A DNA stretch of 62,414 bases, the filler included. It is 11 parts of 11 records of this genome, joined end to end, with 100 filler letters (N's around TTAATTAATTAA, not from the genome) between each part and the next. Parts side by side here need not be neighbours in the genome. Positions count along the whole stretch, not along the records: positions 58,904 to 62,414 come from SRR7504441_8954; 10 more parts are not named here. One strand, given 5' to 3'. The notes under the pieces were generated by a model that was given only the letters and a program-made list of their open reading frames with translations, was not told where the DNA came from and ran no database searches. The stretch's first letter is position 1. The number at the start of each line of letters is the position of its first letter. This document shows positions 59,354 through 62,414 of this stretch, piece by piece. The translations under genes were made by a program, and so were the position numbers.

Positions 59354-60136
59354 ATGGAGGAGACTCCGATGTGGACCCAGCCGGGGCCGGCAAGCCGGCG
59401 CCCATGGGAGCTAGCTGTGGACCGGGCCTTCCACCACCTAGATTTCAACCACGATGGCACCGTCTCCCGCCGGGAGTTGCTCCGGGCCTCCCGCTCAGAC
59501 CCAGAGCTCCGGCGGCTGCTCGGGCTGGCCACTGACAAAGACGTTGAGAGCTTTGAAGCTGCCTTCGCCGAGATGGATGCAGACAAGTCCGAGGCGCTCG
59601 ACTTCAAGGAGTTTCAGACCATCACCAAGCGGCTGGTGCCGCACCTGTCGCCCATGAATGATCCGGCCAGTGCCCACAAGCCGCCAGCCCGGACGATTTT
59701 CCTGTCCATGAAGCCGACCGACTACCGGCGATTCCAAGGCGGGCGGCTGCTTGTGCAGGGGATGATCTGGGGGGCAGGCTGGGCGCCGGTGGAGCTGAAG
59801 CGCGACGGTGAGGCTACGATCTTCAAACCAAAGTTTGCTTGCCTGGAAGAGATGCGCGAAGCCATGCAAAGCGCCCAGGCCGCGCCACGGGGAGCGTTCA
59901 GCCAGGGAGCGGACGGCGCCCGGTTTTCGACCAAGCTGCCACCGCAGCCGGACTTCTTGCCGATGCGACCTCAAGACTATATCGACTCTGTGGGGGGTAG
60001 AGTAGCCATGCTGCCTGAGGAGTGCCACGCCGTAGGCGGCTGCACCACATTCCGCCCCGAGGAGGAGCTGTGGGGCAAAAAGATGTTTGCCAATCTGTCG
60101 CCCCGTTACATTGAGACACTAGATAGGTCCTACTAA
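59354..60136 (+). CDS. EF-hand calcium-binding protein with unknown C-terminal region
   Basis: Paired EF loops DFNHDGTVSRRE and DADKSEALDFKE; start may be upstream (59213). Confidence 0.82.
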   Translation: MEETPMWTQPGPASRRPWELAVDRAFHHLDFNHDGTVSRRELLRASRSDPELRRLLGLATDKDVESFEAAFAEMDADKSEALDFKEFQTITKRLVPHLSPMNDPASAHKPPARTIFLSMKPTDYRRFQGGRLLVQGMIWGAGWAPVELKRDGEATIFKPKFACLEEMREAMQSAQAAPRGAFSQGADGARFSTKLPPQPDFLPMRPQDYIDSVGGRVAMLPEECHAVGGCTTFRPEEELWGKKMFANLSPRYIETLDRSY

Positions 60137-60503
60137 CCATGTAGGCGCTCGTAATACCTCGAAACGCCGTTTAAAATTTAGACAAACTGTGCATAAAAAG
60201 AAGAGTGCATTTAGACATGTAGCATACGATATATGTATACGGGCATGCAAGGCTATGCTCATGACCTTCATTTTAACAATTTGCAGTTGCTGTACCGGTA
60301 TTGGTACATGGTACAGAGACCCGGAGACCTCTAGCTCCGTGCGAGGTTGTCGACGTTGCCCAGCGTCGTGTGCTGATGCCGTCTCTAGCAGCAGGACCTA
60401 AGCAGGACCTGCCGTGCCGCTGCTCCGCTGCACCAGAGTTGCATTTAAGTTGCATGCATAACATAACGGTCGCCAACTGCCAATCTCTTGGGACTGCGCG
60501 GTT

Positions 60504-62414
60504 ATGGCGACGACGCCGGGGCAGACCCCGGGGCAGGTGGCGCTGGTGGACCGCAGTCGCCGGGTGCCATCCAGTCGGGGTACAGATCTGCTTGATCAGG
60601 TGGCGCGCACTCGGCGCGCCGGCCAACTCGCCTCCGCCGGGCTGGATCGGCTGCTGCTCCGGCTGACCCAGATGGCTCCGGCGCACAGCAGCGTGCACGC
60701 CATCGTGCTGCGCATGGCCACCCTCACCGCCGGTTGCGTAAGCGGCAGCGAGGCGATGCCCTTCGTGCAGCTCCCAGCAACACGGCTGGCTGACGAATTC
60801 TTTGAGCGACGCAGCTTCCGGGCGGCAATTGAGTCGGTCTGCGCCGAGCTGGAGAGAAACCAATGCAAGGCTACCGCCGAGATGCTGCGGCGGCTGCTGG
60901 AGGAGTTGGTCCAGATCAACGGGCTGTTGGTACTGGATGGGCTGATTTTAGGCGCCGAGGTAGTGGAGGAGACGGCTGTCGCTCAAGTGTCGGTCAGTAC
61001 TCGGACGGTGGTGCGGCAGGGCGAGGCGCAAGGCGGGGCGGTGGCGCTCCGGGCGGTGAAGGAGGTGGCGGTGGCGCATGCGGCCGAGGAGGTGCGGCTG
61101 GTGCGGCGGCAGGCAGCCGAGCAGCTCAGGATGCTCGAGCTTCACCTGACTGCCCAATGGGACATTGAGCGCGCCACAATCATCGAACAAGCCACCCAGA
61201 AGGGCCGTTCGTGGAGAGCCGAGGCCGCGGTCAGGCGGGAGGCGGCCGCCGAGGCGCGGGCTGAGGCGGCCGAGCGGGACCGTGACGAGTGCCGTGGGCT
61301 GCTGAACGAGATACAAGCTGCAGTCTTAGTAGAGCGCGAGGAATTCAGAAAGCAGTTACAGCTGGCTCAGCAGCAAGGCAAAGACGAGCTTGTGGCAGCT
61401 GTGACGAGAATCCAGACGGAGTCGACACAGAGCCTGGTCACTGAGCAGACAAGGGTGACTACGCGAGTGGCTGAACTCGAGTTGAGGCATGAGGAGGAGC
61501 ACAAGGAGTGGATACTAGCCAGCGAGGAGCAGCACAAGGGGCTCAAGGAGGAGCTGCACACAGCACAGACCGCCAAAGCTGAATTACAGCGCCGATTAGA
61601 ACAGCTGCAGCTGCAGCACCAGCAGCTGAGTGCAAGCTTTGATGAGATCCCGAATAAGATTGCAAAAATGGAGGCAAAACACGAGGCTGATCTGTATATT
61701 TGGCAGTCAGCCGCTCAGGAGAAAGTGCAGATGCTCGAGAATGCGGAGGCGCAGTTGGCTCGGGACGCGAAGAACGCCGCAGAGGCGCGCGATGGCCTCG
61801 AGGCAGCGATTGCGGAGGCAGTTGCAACAGCAGAAGAGGCTGAGCGTTGCGCCGGGATCAAGCGCTTGGAGCAAGCACTCGCGACCAAATTGGAGGAGCA
61901 GGTAGCGATTGAGGCAGCGGCGGAGGCCCGTTGTAAGGTTAGGCTGGCCGAGGCCGAGGAGAAGTGCAAGGTTAGACTGGCTGAAGTGCAACAGCAATCC
62001 AGTGAACGAGAGCAAATGCTACTCGAGGAGCTGCGGGCCTCACAAAGAGCGGTTTCTGCTGCTGCAAAGGCGGCGGCACAGGGCAAGCATGATGCGGATG
62101 TTAAGCTCACCCTCGAGATTGAACGAGAGAGGAAGTTAGCTCAAAAGCAAGTGTCGGAGCAGGTGGCAAAGCAAGTTGCGGTCGAGAAGGCCAGGTATGA
62201 GAAACAGGTGCAAGAAGAGCTGAAGCCGCAAGCCATCTCAAGCCAGCAAGAGACGGTAGTCATCAGGAGCATGCAACAGGAGCCAAAGGAGGCAGTCAAG
62301 AGCATACAGAAGGAACCGGAGCTGCAGGCAGTTTCCATTCAGAGGGAAGCAGTCAGAAGCACACGAGAGGAGCAAATATCGCCACAGCCCATCCCAGGTG
62401 AGAGGACCGGGTAC
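60504..62414 (+). CDS. Long coiled-coil protein, 3' truncated (missing from the ORF track because no stop falls in the window)
   Basis: Frame from ATG 60504 (MATTPGQTPGQ) reads open to the window end; E/Q/A/R-rich heptads. Confidence 0.8.
   Translation, partial: MATTPGQTPGQVALVDRSRRVPSSRGTDLLDQVARTRRAGQLASAGLDRLLLRLTQMAPAHSSVHAIVLRMATLTAGCVSGSEAMPFVQLPATRLADEFFERRSFRAAIESVCAELERNQCKATAEMLRRLLEELVQINGLLVLDGLILGAEVVEETAVAQVSVSTRTVVRQGEAQGGAVALRAVKEVAVAHAAEEVRLVRRQAAEQLRMLELHLTAQWDIERATIIEQATQKGRSWRAEAAVRREAAAEARAEAAERDRDECRGLLNEIQAAVLVEREEFRKQLQLAQQQGKDELVAAVTRIQTESTQSLVTEQTRVTTRVAELELRHEEEHKEWILASEEQHKGLKEELHTAQTAKAELQRRLEQLQLQHQQLSASFDEIPNKIAKMEAKHEADLYIWQSAAQEKVQMLENAEAQLARDAKNAAEARDGLEAAIAEAVATAEEAERCAGIKRLEQALATKLEEQVAIEAAAEARCKVRLAEAEEKCKVRLAEVQQQSSEREQMLLEELRASQRAVSAAAKAAAQGKHDADVKLTLEIERERKLAQKQVSEQVAKQVAVEKARYEKQVQEELKPQAISSQQETVVIRSMQQEPKEAVKSIQKEPELQAVSIQREAVRSTREEQISPQPIPGERTGY

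Overview
This is not one locus. It is 11 contig fragments of a compact, GC-rich eukaryotic (protist) genome joined by ten artificial 100-nt linkers (N-run/TTAATTAATTAA/N-run), so gene neighbourhood across linkers means nothing. Genes carry very short spliceosomal introns (about 36-49 nt in the cases I resolved), several of them with GC donors, and many sit head-to-head only 45-200 bp apart. Recognisable housekeeping genes are CKS1, Fes1/HspBP1, ATG16, HAUS6, Rav1/DMXL, an SDP1/TGL lipase, CLEC16A, DUS, an ABHD hydrolase and an SPFH protein. The most unusual items are: (1) the membrane-embedded triple terminal module of a Pls/PosA-type (epsilon-poly-L-lysine synthetase-like) NRPS; (2) a PanE-PanC fusion whose junction lies in one exon; (3) a chromatin protein combining phage-integrase repeat units, RWP-RK, a chromodomain and probably PWWP; (4) a thioredoxin fused to a CGGGKC-type thioredoxin reductase; (5) an extracellular mosaic protein of more than 2400 aa with unnamed repeats and tail-fibre-like modules; (6) a Rav1 with two PH domains. 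All assignments come from motif recognition by eye; no searches were run. I saw no rRNA, tRNA, CRISPR array or intact mobile element.
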